From: Antedon mediterranea
Taxonomy: Eukaryota > Animalia > Echinodermata
Assembly: GCF_964355755.1 (NCBI RefSeq)
Contig: NC_092674.1
Coordinates: forward strand, 29,512,001-29,576,000
Direction: 5' to 3'
DNA: 64,000 bases
The notes under the pieces were generated by a model. The model was not told the origin of the DNA. It saw only the letters and a program-made list of their open reading frames with translations, and ran no database searches. How positions within the stretch are numbered: the first letter of the stretch is position 1; each line of letters starts with the position of its first letter. This document shows, piece by piece, positions 33,440-47,008 of this stretch. Made by a program: the position numbers and the translations under genes.

Positions 33440-36400
33440 CTACGAATCTTCATTCTCCGTGTCTGAAAAAAAATAAAAATTAATTTATGTTTATTGAATA
33501 CAAATAAACATAAAATAATACCTCTTTCACATCTGCATAAATTATTACAACTTGTAACCTGGTTTGATCTTCCGACTTATTAACGTTTTCATACTTGATT
33601 ACTATGATTGGTCAGTTTAATACCAGGGCAATACCCAGTATAAATATAAATTTCAATTCAAATATAAATTTCAATTCAATTCAATTCAATACACGCGCGC
33701 AGTAAGAACTGAGAACATCTTGGTACAAAAACATGCCTCTCACCAGTGAGATGTGACAAGGGTAATAACCTGGGCAATACACGCGTGCAGTAAGAACTGT
33801 GAACGTCTTCGTACAAAAACATGCCTCTCACCAGTGAGATGTGACAAGGGTAATACCAGGGCAATACACGCGCGCAGTAAGAACTGTGAACATCTTGGTA
33901 CAAAAACATGCCTCTCACCAGTGAGATGTGACAAGGGTAATACCAGGGCAATACACGCGCGCAGTAAGAACTGTGAACATCTTGGTACAAAAACATGCCT
34001 CTCATCAGCGAGATGTGACAAGGGTATAAGAGTTCATATAAATAAATAGATAATTTGTTAACTCACGTTGTTCAGTCAAAGTCTCCTCAAACTGATCACT
34101 TCGCATGTCCTTCCAATTAAGAAGTCGTTTCTTTAGTTCACGGGAAGGTTGATCAACGCATATAGCAAATGCTTGCAAGGCCTTGTGGGCGCTGGAGATC
34201 CCAAAGAGCACCCTCGTTGATGCTGTGGCAACATTGTCGTTCATACTGCGAGCGATATTGAATGCTTTGCCAAAATACTGAGATGCTTTCTCATACTCCC
34301 CCTATAAAATTTAACATTTTTAAAGCAATGATTAGAACAAGGTGTTATGTATGAATTATCAAAATTCCTTAAAAAATGGTCTCTCTGGATATATAAAGTT
34401 GAATTGAGTAAACTTACCAATGAATTGAATATGTTTCCTAAACACGTACAAGCCTCAGATTGAGCGCCATCTTGTTTACTCTTTTCTGCGACGTCAACAA
34501 ACATCTCCAGATAACGTATGGCATCTTCTAGTTTACCTTGACTATAAATAGAGAAGTAACAATTATTGTATGTTTACCTATTGTACACTGTACAATATAA
34601 ATATCAATTATGAGACCGTTTTACACCAGGTGAATTAATTCTGTTGCAAATTTTACTAGTTCGACAAAAAGAGTGTAATGTGCCCAAATATGGTAGTAAT
34701 ATGTCGCATATAAGTTTGATAGTCTAGAACGAGCTTAAGAATAAGATAGAGGGTGATAGATGATTATTGCAGTATGAATACTTATTTTAACTTACTTCTC
34801 GTATGATTTAGCTATAGCTTGACAGGCTTTCCCCACTCCTACTTCATCTCCAAGTTTTTTACACATGTCCATAAATCCATTGTGATACTGCCAATTTACA
34901 AACATATTAAACATTTAAAATGATAATCAATCCATCAATATTATGTCCATCTAATAACCAATATCTATATGTGGTTTTATTTATTTTTATCTAATTTATT
35001 TTAGTTTGTACATCTTAAGCTTGGTTCCTACTAGAGACGCAAGCAAGTTGACCAATGACAACTATCTGTTTGAATTTGAATAATTCATCGCTTTGTGATT
35101 GGTGAAATCACATACATCCTTGTGTTGCATCTCTAGTGGGAACCAAGCTTAAGATGTTACAAACTGATTTCAGACTAGTGTTATAAATGTACCATAAGAG
35201 CTGTTTCTGAATCTGCTATGTCTTCATAAGCCAGGCCTAGTCTGTAGCTTGCATCACCTTCTTTAGCCTCGTCACCACCTTTCAGAAAACAAATATTAAG
35301 TTAGTTAATAGCTAGGCTAGGGGGCTAGTATTTAGTCCTAATCCATTAACTTCACCCTACAAATACATTATGATGATAGCAAACTTACTTTCTTTAGCCA
35401 TATCAAAGGCTTGCTGGAAGTATTTGATGGCTAGCTCTGCGTTGTCGCTATCCCCTTTTTGTAATGCATCCGCTACAGCTGTGTACACCCTACGGAGATG
35501 TTCGCAAGCCGACGAGTGCAAATTCTTTCCATCGCTTGTGCACCATTCGTTTTTGGATGTTAAGTTGTAAAATTCTTCAAAATTTTCTGTTGCTTTGTTG
35601 TAATCTCCTAAAAAAACAAATTCATAAATGTTTTATTCTTGTTTTGGGTCATATTACTATTAAATTTGGGTCATACGTAGTATTTTACTTACGTCTACGT
35701 TCGAAGGCAAGGCCCATGTTACAATGCGCTTCCCCTTTCGTCCGTCCATCGCCTGGGATATCAACAGACGTGCTGAGACATGAGGAAAAGAAATGGTCGG
35801 ACAACCAAAGATCACCAGAGGTCAGGAAGTATTCCGCTAATTTATTCCTAGCTTTGTAAACTGCTTCTAGATCATCTAAAAAAAAATAAACAAAATTAGA
35901 AGTGTGATGTGCTCAAATATGGTAGTGATATGCCCAAATATGGTAGTGGTATGACATCATCATGTCCATATATGGGCACATAACATTTTCACAGTACAAC
36001 AATGTTACATACTTATTCTCAAAGCACCCTCCGCTTCTGTCAAATGTAATTTCAACTCATTTAGTTTTTCTTCCTGATCTTCGAGTAATGTGGTCGAGGA
36101 GTCGGAATCATTACTGCCTGATTTGAATTGCTGATCCTTCTGTTGTCTAATCAGCGCAAAGAGTTCTGAGAACGAGTGATGGTATCCATCCTTCAACATC
36201 TCTACGCACAGGTTGTGTTTATAACTGTTGCGGTATCTGTAATTAAAAACCGTTTTTAATTTTTCCCATTGGAATCAATTTTTACTAATATCTGAATACT
36301 GTTAGACCATTACAGTAGGCCTAAATCTATTTTTTGGTTTATTGCAATTTTTTTATAGTAATACGAAGATGCTTGTTTTTATAATACAGAAAAAATTACG

Positions 36401-36679
36401 GTACAATATATAACATTTAGTGGTTTTCAAACAAATTATTTTACTGTAAATAGATAAATTTACTAACTTTTGAACATCTGTGTTTGATAGGTTAGGTTGT
36501 TTCTGCCACATCGTGTGTTGTTTCAGTTGTACTTCTCTTTTCATCTTCAGCGTTGGTTTACGGTAGCCATCTTGAGGTTTTAGCTTGTTTGGTGGGCTCG
36601 GCACACGGTGTAACGTAACCTGGCCACGCATTTTGGAGTGCTCATGAGACGTGGGAATTGCGGGTAACGGAGCAGCCAT
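33440..36679 (-). CDS. TTC29: Tetratricopeptide repeat protein 29 (cilia/flagella TPR protein), 9 coding exons, 465 aa
   Basis: Minus-strand exons 36679-36468, 36236-36013, 35875-35693, 35607-35389, 35278-35193, 34887-34796, 34541-34418, 34301-34067, 33462-33440, all GT-AG and in phase. YRNSYKHNLCVEMLKDGYHHSFSELFAL matches the TTC29 N-terminal motif; TPR helices EAHCNMGLAFE, ASYRLGLAY, ACTCLGNIFN. The short last exon is least certain. Confidence 0.92.
33687..34025. repeat. 87-bp tandem repeat x4 in the last TTC29 intron
   Basis: CAATACACGCG at 33687, 33775, 33862, 33949. Confidence 0.95.
34655..34737. mobile_element. Partial copy of the Harbinger-type MITE family
   Basis: ACTAGTTCGACAAAAA...TGCCCAAATATGGTAGT...AAGTTTGATAGTCTAGAACGAGCT in a TTC29 intron. 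Confidence 0.7.
35003..35165. mobile_element. Small foldback/MITE in a TTC29 intron
   Basis: AGTTTGTACATCTTAAGCTTGGTTCCTACTAGAGACGCAA pairs with TTGCATCTCTAGTGGGAACCAAGCTTAAGATGTTACAAACT. Confidence 0.75.
35900..35990. mobile_element. Internal fragment of the Harbinger-type MITE family
   Basis: GTGTGATGTGCTCAAATATGGTAGTGATATGCCCAAATATGG...CATCATCATGTCCATATATGGGCACAT; no TIRs. Confidence 0.75.
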
Positions 36680-39600
36680 CTGTAGAAATATAATCAATTA
36701 TTAAATTATAATAAATAAAGTGTTACAATATATCATCTAATGTTGTTACAATTGTGTCACCATGTGTTCATATGTTTTTATATGCAATAAATGTTTAGTT
36801 ATTTCCTTGGGAAGAGTGCACTATGTAGTTGTTATACAAGTGAGAATTAATATCATAAGGCATTTAATAATAATGCAGACAGTCTCGAAATTAAGCGACA
36901 CATTTCAAGAATCTATTCACATCATCAAAAGCCTAGAGTACTGATATACCTTCTTAATATTCTTGTTGCATGTGTTTGTAAATATATGCTCCATAACTAA
37001 AAATTGTAGGCCTATATTGTTTTTACTTTTTGTAATTTGTTTGATATGGATGAAATATTTTCGAAATAAAAGACATTATTGATTGATTTCAAAATTCTGT
37101 GTTTATTCTGCAAGTAAGATCTTAGTAAATATGGTTTTATAGTTTGTTAAATACAACACCTGCGCATTTGTAAATGATATCCCACTGCTTCACAATCAAT
37201 AAAGCAAATTTAAACATGACCTCGGTAATTATATAACTGGACACCAGATTGTCCAGAATTGACTCAATGGTCGAGTAATTAATCTCCACTCGGGTCAGTT
37301 CAGTTAGGACAAACAAACATGCAATTACTGATCACTATACTATACTATAATACTCTGTATAGCACAAAAGGCTGAAGACAGGGAGAAATATTTTACATAA
37401 AATAATTCTTTATAATATTTAAATTGTACTGTATTTGAATACTGTTATAATCAAGTACAAAATCAATGTTATGATCATAAATAAAAAATAAATATTGTAT
37501 GCAGACTGTATTAAAGGTAAAGCAATTCTGCAAAAAAAATACTGTTTTGATCAAAGTACACTACAGTACTATGACAGGAAATTCATCTAGTTCAAATGGT
37601 CAACCTACTATTTAGCTTAAATGGTCAGTTTCAACTCTATACACACTGACCTTCAAGTACTTTGTATGCTAATCTATTTAAAGCTGTCAAACATATTAGC
37701 ATCAGGACAATGTCAGGGTCAAGCTGTGGTATATTGAACTTGGGCTTTAATGGTCAAACCAACTGAAGAAAAGGCTTGGAGCGTTTTCCTTTTTATAGCT
37801 TACAATTATTTACTATTGGTTGACAGATTCATAACATAAACACTCCTTACAAAGAAGACCATTGTATGTCAATTCTATTTAACACACATTGGGTATAACA
37901 CAACACCAGAATATGATCATAAAATTAGTAGTATTGTATTTTATTACTAAAATAACCTTACATACAAATCTGATCTGGGTTAATAACTGAGAAATAGTAT
38001 AACTACAACATATTTCCCAGTTATATTATAGAGCAATCACAAAAAAATGAACTCTCCTCCAAATATAATTTGCTTATTTAATGGTTTAATTTGATTTCCG
38101 GTACACACATTTTGAAAGAACACATGATAAACCGAAACGGCAAATAACGGTGTTGAAATTAATTTATGAGCAAACAAATGATTCAATAAAAATGACAGAC
38201 ATTTTTAATCTGTTAATTATCGCGCATTTTTTCATTGACGCTAACTTTATTGCTAAAATTTCACTACTGTGTACAGTAAATACATTTGTGTAAATTTACT
38301 GAATTCATTACATTCATTATTATTATATAATAATCATTTAATACAATGGTGCAAAGAATAATACTCACTTAAATATAATGATCACAATTTCAGGCAACCT
38401 CTAACCACAAATTGTAAAAACCACAAAAACATGGCATCCATCATTACATAACAGCTTGTAGACAAAATAGCTTGCACTCTATGGTATTACTAACTACTAC
38501 CTGATTTAAGTTCAAGGATAAATTATATCAAGTCCAAGTTGACATCATCAAACAAAAAGGGCAAATTATATCATAATTGTTGGCCAGGCCAGTGTGTGTT
38601 GTAGGGATGGCGGATATTTCACGCCATCCCTACCATACACCAAGTCCTGGCCAACAGCAACGACGAGTGTGTAAGCTACACTTGGCTGACTGCTGTCGTT
38701 GTATTGGCCTAACCAAAAGCCAACCACTCATGCACAGTATTGGCTGCTGAGATAGGATAGTCTGATAGGCTGTTGCTTACCCTTATGTTGACCTATTTCT
38801 ATAAAAAGCTGCCTGTATTAATTGTTGCCATAGGCTTCAACAGATTAAATTCCATCTCTATAAGCACTTTGAATTACTGTACAAGGGGAGCAGGGGGATT
38901 GCAAGATTCCCTTTTTCCTTCCTATAAATTAATAAAGCTAAAGCTACTTTAGTTTATATAATAAATAAATATACTGTATACAATTAAAAAAATCATGACA
39001 TACACGAAGCATTTTAATCTCCAGTAATAATCAACATTAAACTATAATCTAATACTATTACTAATAATAAAAATCAAAAAATACCATTGATTTGTCAATA
39101 AAATAAATATATATATAATTTTTTAACTAACAATGTTTTGTTTTTGACTTTAAGTTTAATCTACTGTAGATCAATATAAAATCTATGCTTAATATTTACA
39201 AAAACGCAATTTTCAATTATCAAAATGCTGTATAATAATCAATTCTAGAACAGGGGGTTTTTGGGTATGAAAAAAAAAATAGTGGGTGGGATTATCCAAA
39301 AAATTGTAAAACAAGTCTTTTCCATTAAAAAAAAATTGAAATTTTTTTTTTTTAATGATTAAATATTTGCTGCCACCACAATCACTATAATTACAATATA
39401 TGGTTTAAGTTAAATTTAGACTACCTAAAGCAAGGCAAAAGTATTCTACATCTAGGCAAGCTTGTAGCAGGATGATTTTTTGGACCAGCAATTGGGATAT
39501 GTAGAAGTGCATTTAAAAAAAAGCTATACCCAATTAATACCGATTATATTGATAATTTTATATTTGTTTTTTTTATCCTGGTACATGTAATTTTTTTTAT

Positions 39601-40239
39601 GACATTGCTAAAATTATCAATCGTCTTACCAGTTGGTCCCAATCGTCCAGTATTTTCAGAACCATGTTCAGAACCAACGTCTTAGCGTTGGGCCCGATAG
39701 TATTTTGTGTTGTGATACAACTTTACTTAATTAATAGCACATGCGTGAAACCTGATTCGGTAATACTACTAACACTGAACAGGGCCTACTGTACTAGGCC
39801 TACTAGCTAGGCTAGAGAGAGTAGTAGAGAGGCAGGCCTAGCCTAGGTCTAGGCCCTACATATTTTTATATTTTTCTTACTTTATTTAAATCCAATAATT
39901 ATTAATTTTTTGTTTCCGAGAATGTTTTGGGCCCGATCGTCTGGGCCCGAACGTCTCTGGTCCCGATCGTCTCTCCCTGCGCTGCTGATGAACCAAAACA
40001 ACACCACCCTGTCCTGCTGCTGACTAGAGTAGAGGGCTAGCCTAGGCTAGGGGCCTAGGCCTCTCGGCCTAATAAGCTTTTATTTAGGAGATTAGTCTCT
40101 GTGTTGGGTTGTCATAATTATAAGTATGTGCACGTATAAATAAATTAACAAACCTTCAATTTAGGAGAGTCTTGCTAATACATAACCGTCTAAATAATGT
40201 CAATTTTTATCACATTTCAGTTCTAACTTTTTTGGGATT

Positions 40240-40252
40240 GTTGCTTAGAAAC
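40240..40252. promoter_or_regulatory. RFX X-box-like site, candidate TTC29 promoter element
   Basis: GTTGCTTAGAAAC (reverse GTTTCTAAGCAAC), ~3.6 kb upstream of the TTC29 ATG, which itself directly follows an acceptor AG. Confidence 0.45.
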
Positions 40253-40976
40253 ATCCTAGACCTAGCCTCGTACACAAATATTCCAACATTTTCCAAGAGA
40301 GAGAGGTAAAAATAAATAGAAAATTCATTGCCACAAATTTAAAATTATGAAATATGATTATCATTAATAACCAGTTCAAACAATTATTACCCTACTTTAT
40401 ATTTTAAATTATAAATATTATTTAAAATAGATTTTTTGCAATCTTCTTGGTTGTCGGCTGCTCTTAATTCCCAAAATTGGTGGCGCTAATTTGATATATT
40501 CCTTCGGCACCAAAGTGGACTTCTGACATGTTCGGTTTATTACCAGGCATTATAATGGCTACTGTGTATAGTAATAGTACCTAGAAAGGAAATATAGATA
40601 TTAATTTATTTCCATCACTCATAATATAGAAGTTATTAAATTTTAAAAATTACTTTGAACGATGTATTTATATGAAATTAATGAAATGACGATTGATGAT
40701 TCTCATTGAAGATTTCCTGGACCAGCTAAGACTATGACTTCCGATAAATATATTTATATATATATATATAATAATAATATAATAATAACAACTTTATTTA
40801 AAAACGGATGCAACACTTGAATCACCATATTGGTGTTTTTCACAAGGCCGTTACTTACTACAAAACTATTTATACTATTACACAAGTTATCAATTACAGT
40901 ACAAAAACAACAACAACAACAAAAAAAAAAAAAAAAAAAAAGATTTCATGAAAAAATATAGAGTTTCAAGTATATT

Positions 40977-43863
40977 TTATCTTTGGTCATTTATCATTTT
41001 TTTAAATATATGTATATTAGGAGCTGTAATTGCATTTGAGTTTATAGCATTTAAACTATTCCATAGCTTTGCGCCAGAATACGAGAAACTTTTCTTTTTA
41101 TACTCAGTGTTTGCCTTATGTAAACTTAATTTAAATCTTTGAGCGCCTGTGAGCTAGAGTCATACCTAGATGTATGTGTAATTATTTTAGCCGCTCTATT
41201 TTGGAGTACTTGGAGTTTATATTTGAGGGTTTGGTTACAACGACCCCATACTACATTGCAGTAGTCAAAATGGTGGGCTATGATAGATTTGTACATTAAT
41301 GATTGAATATTTTGAGGGAAAATATTGCTGCATTTTTTTACATAGAGTACAGACCTGATATTACTTTATTTTTCACCTGATCTATTTGTTTATGCCATTT
41401 TAAATTTTCATCGATAATAACACCTAAATGTTTACAGTTATTTACCTTTTCAAGTTTTGTACCGTCTATATTAATATTAATATCCATGTTAATCAATTTA
41501 TTTAATTTTTGATGTGTTCCTAAAATCATATATTCAGTCTTTTTAATGTTTAGACTTAATTTGTTACTTGCTAACCATAGTTGTACATGTTTTAGATCAG
41601 TATTTACTTTGCTTATTATATCGTGTATGTCTTTAGATGCATAATATAACGCAGTGTCATCTGCGTACATGCTTACATTTACATGAGAAACTGAGTTAGG
41701 TAGATCATTAATATACATGATAAATAGAAGGGGCCCTAATATTGATCCCTGAGGGATTCCACAAACACTATTAGACTTTACCGAATCAACATTGTTAATA
41801 TTAGTAATATGTGTACGATTTGTTAAATAATTTTCAAACCATTTGATAACATGATTAGCAAAATTAAAATTGTGTAGTTTTTTTATTAGTATCTGGTGAT
41901 TAACAGTGTCGAAAGCTTTTTTGAGATCAAGCATTATTAGTCCTATGTATTTACCATTTTCAATACTGTCAATCCAATCTTCAGTTATATTTATTAATGC
42001 CGATGATGTCGAGTAATTTGGCCTAAATCCAGATTGTTGATTGTATAATTTAGGGTTGATTTGTGGATAGAGTTGGTCAAAGACAGCGCGTTCAATAATT
42101 TTTGATAAAATTGGTAGTACAGAAATTGGCCTGTAGTTAGATGGTTCACTTCGGTCGCCATTTTTAAAAATTGGGCATATTCGTGCATTTTTCCATTTAC
42201 TTGGGAAGTCGCTGGTTCTTAGAGATAAATTAATTAAAAATGTAATGGGTTGTACAATTGAGTTGATTGCTAATTTTATTAGTTTAGCAGGAATTTCATC
42301 AGTTCCTGTAGCCTTTTTGTCAGATAATGATAAAATTTGTTTATATACATATTCCTCGTCAACAAGTGTGAAATTGATTTTGTCTTCACCTTGATTTGGG
42401 TATTCATAATTTACATGGTTATTTTCAAATTGAGGAATTTGTTTAGCTAGGTTAGGTCCTATGTTTGCAAAAAACTCATTTAAAGTATTAGCTATCTTGT
42501 AAGAATCTGTTTCAAGGCCATTTATTGTATTTATACTACTTAACACTTTTTTTATTCTTAGATGGTACAATATATCTTATGTTTTTCCAGATTATTTTGG
42601 AATCTTTTGTATTTAATTGTTCAGAGAAATAATTGTTTTTTGATCTCCTGATATCGTAATTTACTTTGTTTTTTAATTCACGGTATTCGTTCCATAATTG
42701 AGGACAATTTTCTTTACTCGCTCTTTTTTTCATTGAGTCACGTTTTCGCATTTGTAATATTACATTTTTTGTGAGCCATGGACTATCTTTATTTCGAACC
42801 CGTTTTTTCTTTAAAGGTACATGTTTATTAACAATTTGTAAAAACTTGTCTTCAAAAAACTGCAGAGCGTCATTCACATTTGTATATGAAGTTATTTCAT
42901 GCCAATTTACATTTAACATATCAATTTGTAGTTTTTCCTCATCAAGGTTATTATAGTTCCTTTTTGTTTTATATTTATGGTTATGTTTTGGTTTTTCTTC
43001 TTTACCAATGACAGCGTAAATAGCTGAATGATCACTAATTCCTGTGTTAAGTACACCCGAGGAAGAAATTCGGTTTGGAAAGGATGTATAAAAATGATCA
43101 ATCAGAGTTTTACTTTGGTTTGTTATCCTTGTCGGTTCAGTTATAATTTGTGTAGAAAATGGTTATTAGTTATATCCATTAATTTTTGTGTATAGCAAGT
43201 AGGGTTTTGTGAAAGTGTGTCACAATTGACATCTCCTATTATTATTATTTCTTTGTTTAGACATTCGTTTTCTTCTAAAATTTGTTCAAAAATATCTAAA
43301 AGTTGAATTTTTGAGTTTGGTGGGCGGTACCATGCTATTAAAATGATTGGTTTAGTTTTTGGTTTACAAAGTTCGATTACTACTATCTCAAGCTCCATTT
43401 TCATGAAATCATTTCTTAGTTTACAAGTAAAACATCCTCTATTTACATAAACTGCAACCCCTCCCCCTTCCCTATTTCTGTCATTTCTATAAATATCATA
43501 GCCATCAATGTGTATTGATTCATCTTTAATTACATTATCTAAACGTGTTTCATTGAGTGCTATGATATCAATAGAATTGTTGTTGATTAGATACTTAAAT
43601 TCATCAAATTTGCTTGGTAGAGAAACTATATTCAATCCTAGGATACTTAGACCATTATTTAAAAATACTTTACAATTTTCAGTTAAATTATTATGTTCAT
43701 TTAGCGAACAGTTATGTTGATAGTTAATTGTTTCATTTTTATTTGAATTGATCGTATACGTTAAATTTGAGGCAACTCCAGGTGGTATAATATCATTTAT
43801 ATAAGTTTGTTGAGTGTCCACCTCGTCTTGGGGATTTTGTTCTAATTCATTGTCATTAATCAT
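40977..43863 (-). pseudogene. LINE ORF2, AP endonuclease + reverse transcriptase, frameshifted
   Basis: APE motifs GLNIVSL, LNETRL, GGGVAVYV, WYRPP, GDVNCD, PTRI, IDHF, SDH; RT motifs YRPISVLP, QSGFR, DLKKAFDTVNH, GIPQGSILGPLLF, YADDT; C-terminal FDYCNVVWG, LQNRAAKII, SFSYSGAKLWNSL. Frameshifts near 43145, 42545 and 41340. Confidence 0.93.
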
Positions 43864-43896
43864 AGAATTTACGGCTAAACCCTCATTGCCTATTTC

Positions 43897-44880
43897 CTAG
43901 TAATCATAAAATGCTTGGCAAAACTTAGCCTTATGTCCAACAGAGTTACATTTCCAGCATGTAATCGGTGCTCTATGACGACATATCCTCTGCACATGTC
44001 CACTCTCACCACAGTTGAAGCAGGGATTCAGAGCTTCCTGGTTGAAGGATGAAACAGATAAGTATCGTTGTTTGCCTTCTGGGTTTCGTTGTCTCGCTGG
44101 TGTACGTATTACTTGCACTGCTCTATAAATACTTCTTAGTAGGACTGATGTACCTTTCTGGTTGAGGTGTAGGCCATGTCTTGTAAAGTAATTTGAATGT
44201 ACACCGTGTGCATCTGTGAAATAGTTGGTATGGTCAATGTACATATGGCCAAAAACCGTTTGGAGCATATCATTTGCTTCAGCAATTTGTCTGTTAAAAT
44301 TTGTATTGTCAAGACGAGGACAGATTCCCGAGACGAGCACCTTTCCAGATATCCTTTGTTGCAAATATGTTGTTTTTTGAAGAAAGTCTTTGTGAAGTTT
44401 GCTAATGTTAAAATCTTCTCGACTACAATAATTTGTTCCAGCATGAATTATTATGTTAGTAACATTTTCCAGATTCATATGTGTTACAGCATTGTAAAGT
44501 TGACTAACAGTAAAGCCTCGCTTTGTCCTGACTGATGTATCACTTAGACCTCTTGTTTTAATTAGTTTCAACATGGAATCTCCGATTATCAAATTTGTTG
44601 TATTCACAGTGTGAGATGCATTATCATTGTTTTGGACGTTGTATGTTGAGTTTTGGATGGCTTGATCAGATTCAGGAATTAACGGCTCAGGTGAAGTGGG
44701 GAGCTCATCTGGCAGTCGAACAAAATGGTTACTAGTTTGGATCTCGTGATCATTACCATTCAGACTTATTTCCTGGCAACAGTTATGAACAGGCTGATAA
44801 AATGTGTTGTGTTTTACATCAAGCTCTGATCGTAGGCTAGTAATTTGTGCCTCAAGGTGTTCATTTCTCTCACTTAGTTG
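43897..44880 (-). pseudogene. LINE ORF1: coiled coil, SGNH/GDSL-like esterase, two CCHC zinc knuckles
   Basis: LIIGDS, IIIHAGTN, HGLHLN; CFNCGESGHVQRIC and CWKCNSVGHKAKFC; upstream IQTSNHFVRL in the same frame, and a coiled-coil segment (EHLEAQITSLRSELDVK) across a frameshift near 44805. True start not resolved. Confidence 0.85.
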
Positions 44881-46178
44881 GGCAAAGGAATGAAAGGTGT
44901 TGGTTTCCCAGTTTAAGCACTGGTACTTACAAGGAGGGCCACGTGAAGGCCACCTTTTATCCTCCTCTTTTAAAGCCGAAATTTAGTAGGTCAAAACCGA
45001 AGTTCTCGGAGAAAAACCCTGTGTATAATGATAGGCCTATATCCAAATTAATCAAAACGACTTAAAAATGCTATTTGGATAGAACTATGTAAGGTGCGCG
45101 CTCCATACATAGGTCTACCCCAACATTATATTATATTAATGTTAATAGTATTATAATTGGTATTGGTTGTATTTGTTATTTTTTTTATTGTTATTGTATT
45201 ATTGTTAATACCATTGTTAATTATTTAAGTTGTTAATATTAATAGTTTGTTATGCATCATCTGCAACTCACTCGGATCAAACAAGGCCTTGCTCGCACTA
45301 TACATCATATTCACCCTAGACTTACCATGTTAGCCTATTCTACGAAATAAAATTATATACCAAAATTAATTTGTACCCCATACTTACTAATATGCCCTAC
45401 GGTCCCAAACACTTCACTTACCTCAGATCTTACGGGCACACTTACCTCTGTACAAATGACCTACGGTAACTTACCAAAATGACAAACTCAAACGGTTCTA
45501 ATCAGATGTTTTCTAATCAAACAAACAGAAATAACATTATGGGGTAAAATTATACATTTGAAAAAGATTGAAAATGAAAAGGGACAAATTGCACTGGTCA
45601 AAAGCAGCAGAAAACAGGGGTAAGCAAAAATATTCCTCGGACCATGAAAGAAAACGTCACACTCCATTCTTATCCTTTAGCCATTGTGAGGAGGACTAAG
45701 GTGGCATTATTCTCATGATTTGACAAACCCAAAAGCTCCAGACCCCTCAGTACTTACCTGCCCGTCTCCAGAATTTTGCGCCCCTCAATAAAATATCACC
45801 CATCCAATAAATGTATGTATGTATGTATGTATTATAACTAAAAAGCAAGGGCTATTGTCGGTTTATCCAGGTAAGCTAGGCACGAAAAATACTGAATCAT
45901 TTTAAATTTTAAGTGTGCACGCGTTTAAAAAGGGCTAGTAATTTTTTTTAAATCAAATTAATATTAATGGTTCTTGCCTTTTTTTAAATAAATTAATATA
46001 TTTGGAAATAAGTCAATATTTTTACTAACTTGGTATTATTATTTGCTTTAAGGATATCAAATAAAGTCAACCTAGTCAACCTGGCATGGCACGGCGCTCA
46101 CAAAACAACATTAATACATACTATCGCTTCATCAAAACTAACGGTGCTATTTTATACCTCCATGCTCTAACTAACCTA

Positions 46179-47008
46179 ATTCATGTGAACTTTACCGTAT
46201 TGGCCTAAAGGCATTCACAAAAACAGTGTTTGCCATTGGCCTATAGTCCTATAGGCCTATCTGTTTGATATTGTATGTATTTTCTCTTTTGAGCCTAAGA
46301 GCAGAAAATGGCAATGTCCCCACCAGTCAACATGTGATAATATACAGGCCTACACAATGTAGGCCACACTCTAAAGCAAAAGTAATATAGGCCATTTTGA
46401 TAATTTGCATCTATAGTACAGCCTATAGAATAATACGCCGAACATTCTAAAAACATGATATGGTATAGCCTAAAACATGTTATGTATACTTATATTTATA
46501 TTATTTTACAACTCCCTGCTTAAAGCACAGCGTTAATAGTATACTGTACTGTCTATAATTTAGTATATATCGTTAGGCCTACTCAATGAAAATATAGGCT
46601 ATCATCCTACATAAATAGTAGAATAACAAAATGGTGGTTTTCGGTTTAAAATGTGGATTAACTTAAGTAAGCCTGTATATTGGGCTTACTTACGTAAAAT
46701 AAGAGTTGACCCAAATCAACGGAGAAATTATTATGGTAAATGATGAACATAAAATAATTCGAAGTTCATGTGAACTTTACCGTATTGGCCTAAAGGCATT
46801 CACAAAAACAGTGTTTGCCATTGGACTATACAGGCCTATCTGTTTAATGTTGTATGTATAAATAGTAGAATAACAAAATGGTGGTTTTCGGTTTAAAATG
46901 TGGATTAACTTACCCAATATAGCCTACAGGCTTACTTACGTAAAATAAGAGTTGACCCAAATCAACGGAGAAATTATTATGATAAATGATGAACACAAAT
47001 AATTCGAA
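46179..47008. repeat. Local segmental duplication with internal deletion
   Basis: About 46180-46280 recurs at 46765-46858, and about 46610-46763 recurs at 46858-47008. Confidence 0.85.

Larger units (their letters stand above)
40765..45120 (-). mobile_element. Near full-length L2/CR1-group (Crack/Daphne-like) non-LTR retrotransposon, disrupted
   Basis: ORF1 (esterase + 2 CCHC), ORF2 (APE + RT), 3' UTR ending AATAAAG followed by (TTA)n/(TA)n. The 5' boundary is approximate and no TSD could be resolved. Confidence 0.93.

Noticed and set aside
33676-34049. Cys/His-rich repetitive ORFs
   Set aside because: Arise from the 87-bp intronic repeat; no zinc-finger spacing or splice support.
35464-35859. 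131-aa plus-strand ORF
   Set aside because: Antisense shadow of TTC29 exons with no recognisable domain.
39620-39975. Repeated GG(G/T)CCCGA(T/A)CGTC motifs as regulatory sites
   Set aside because: More like subterminal repeats of a decayed DNA transposon (similar motif near 49271); boundaries not definable.
40745-45135. Target-site duplication around the LINE
   Set aside because: Both flanks are low-complexity AT sequence and no unambiguous direct repeat could be assigned.
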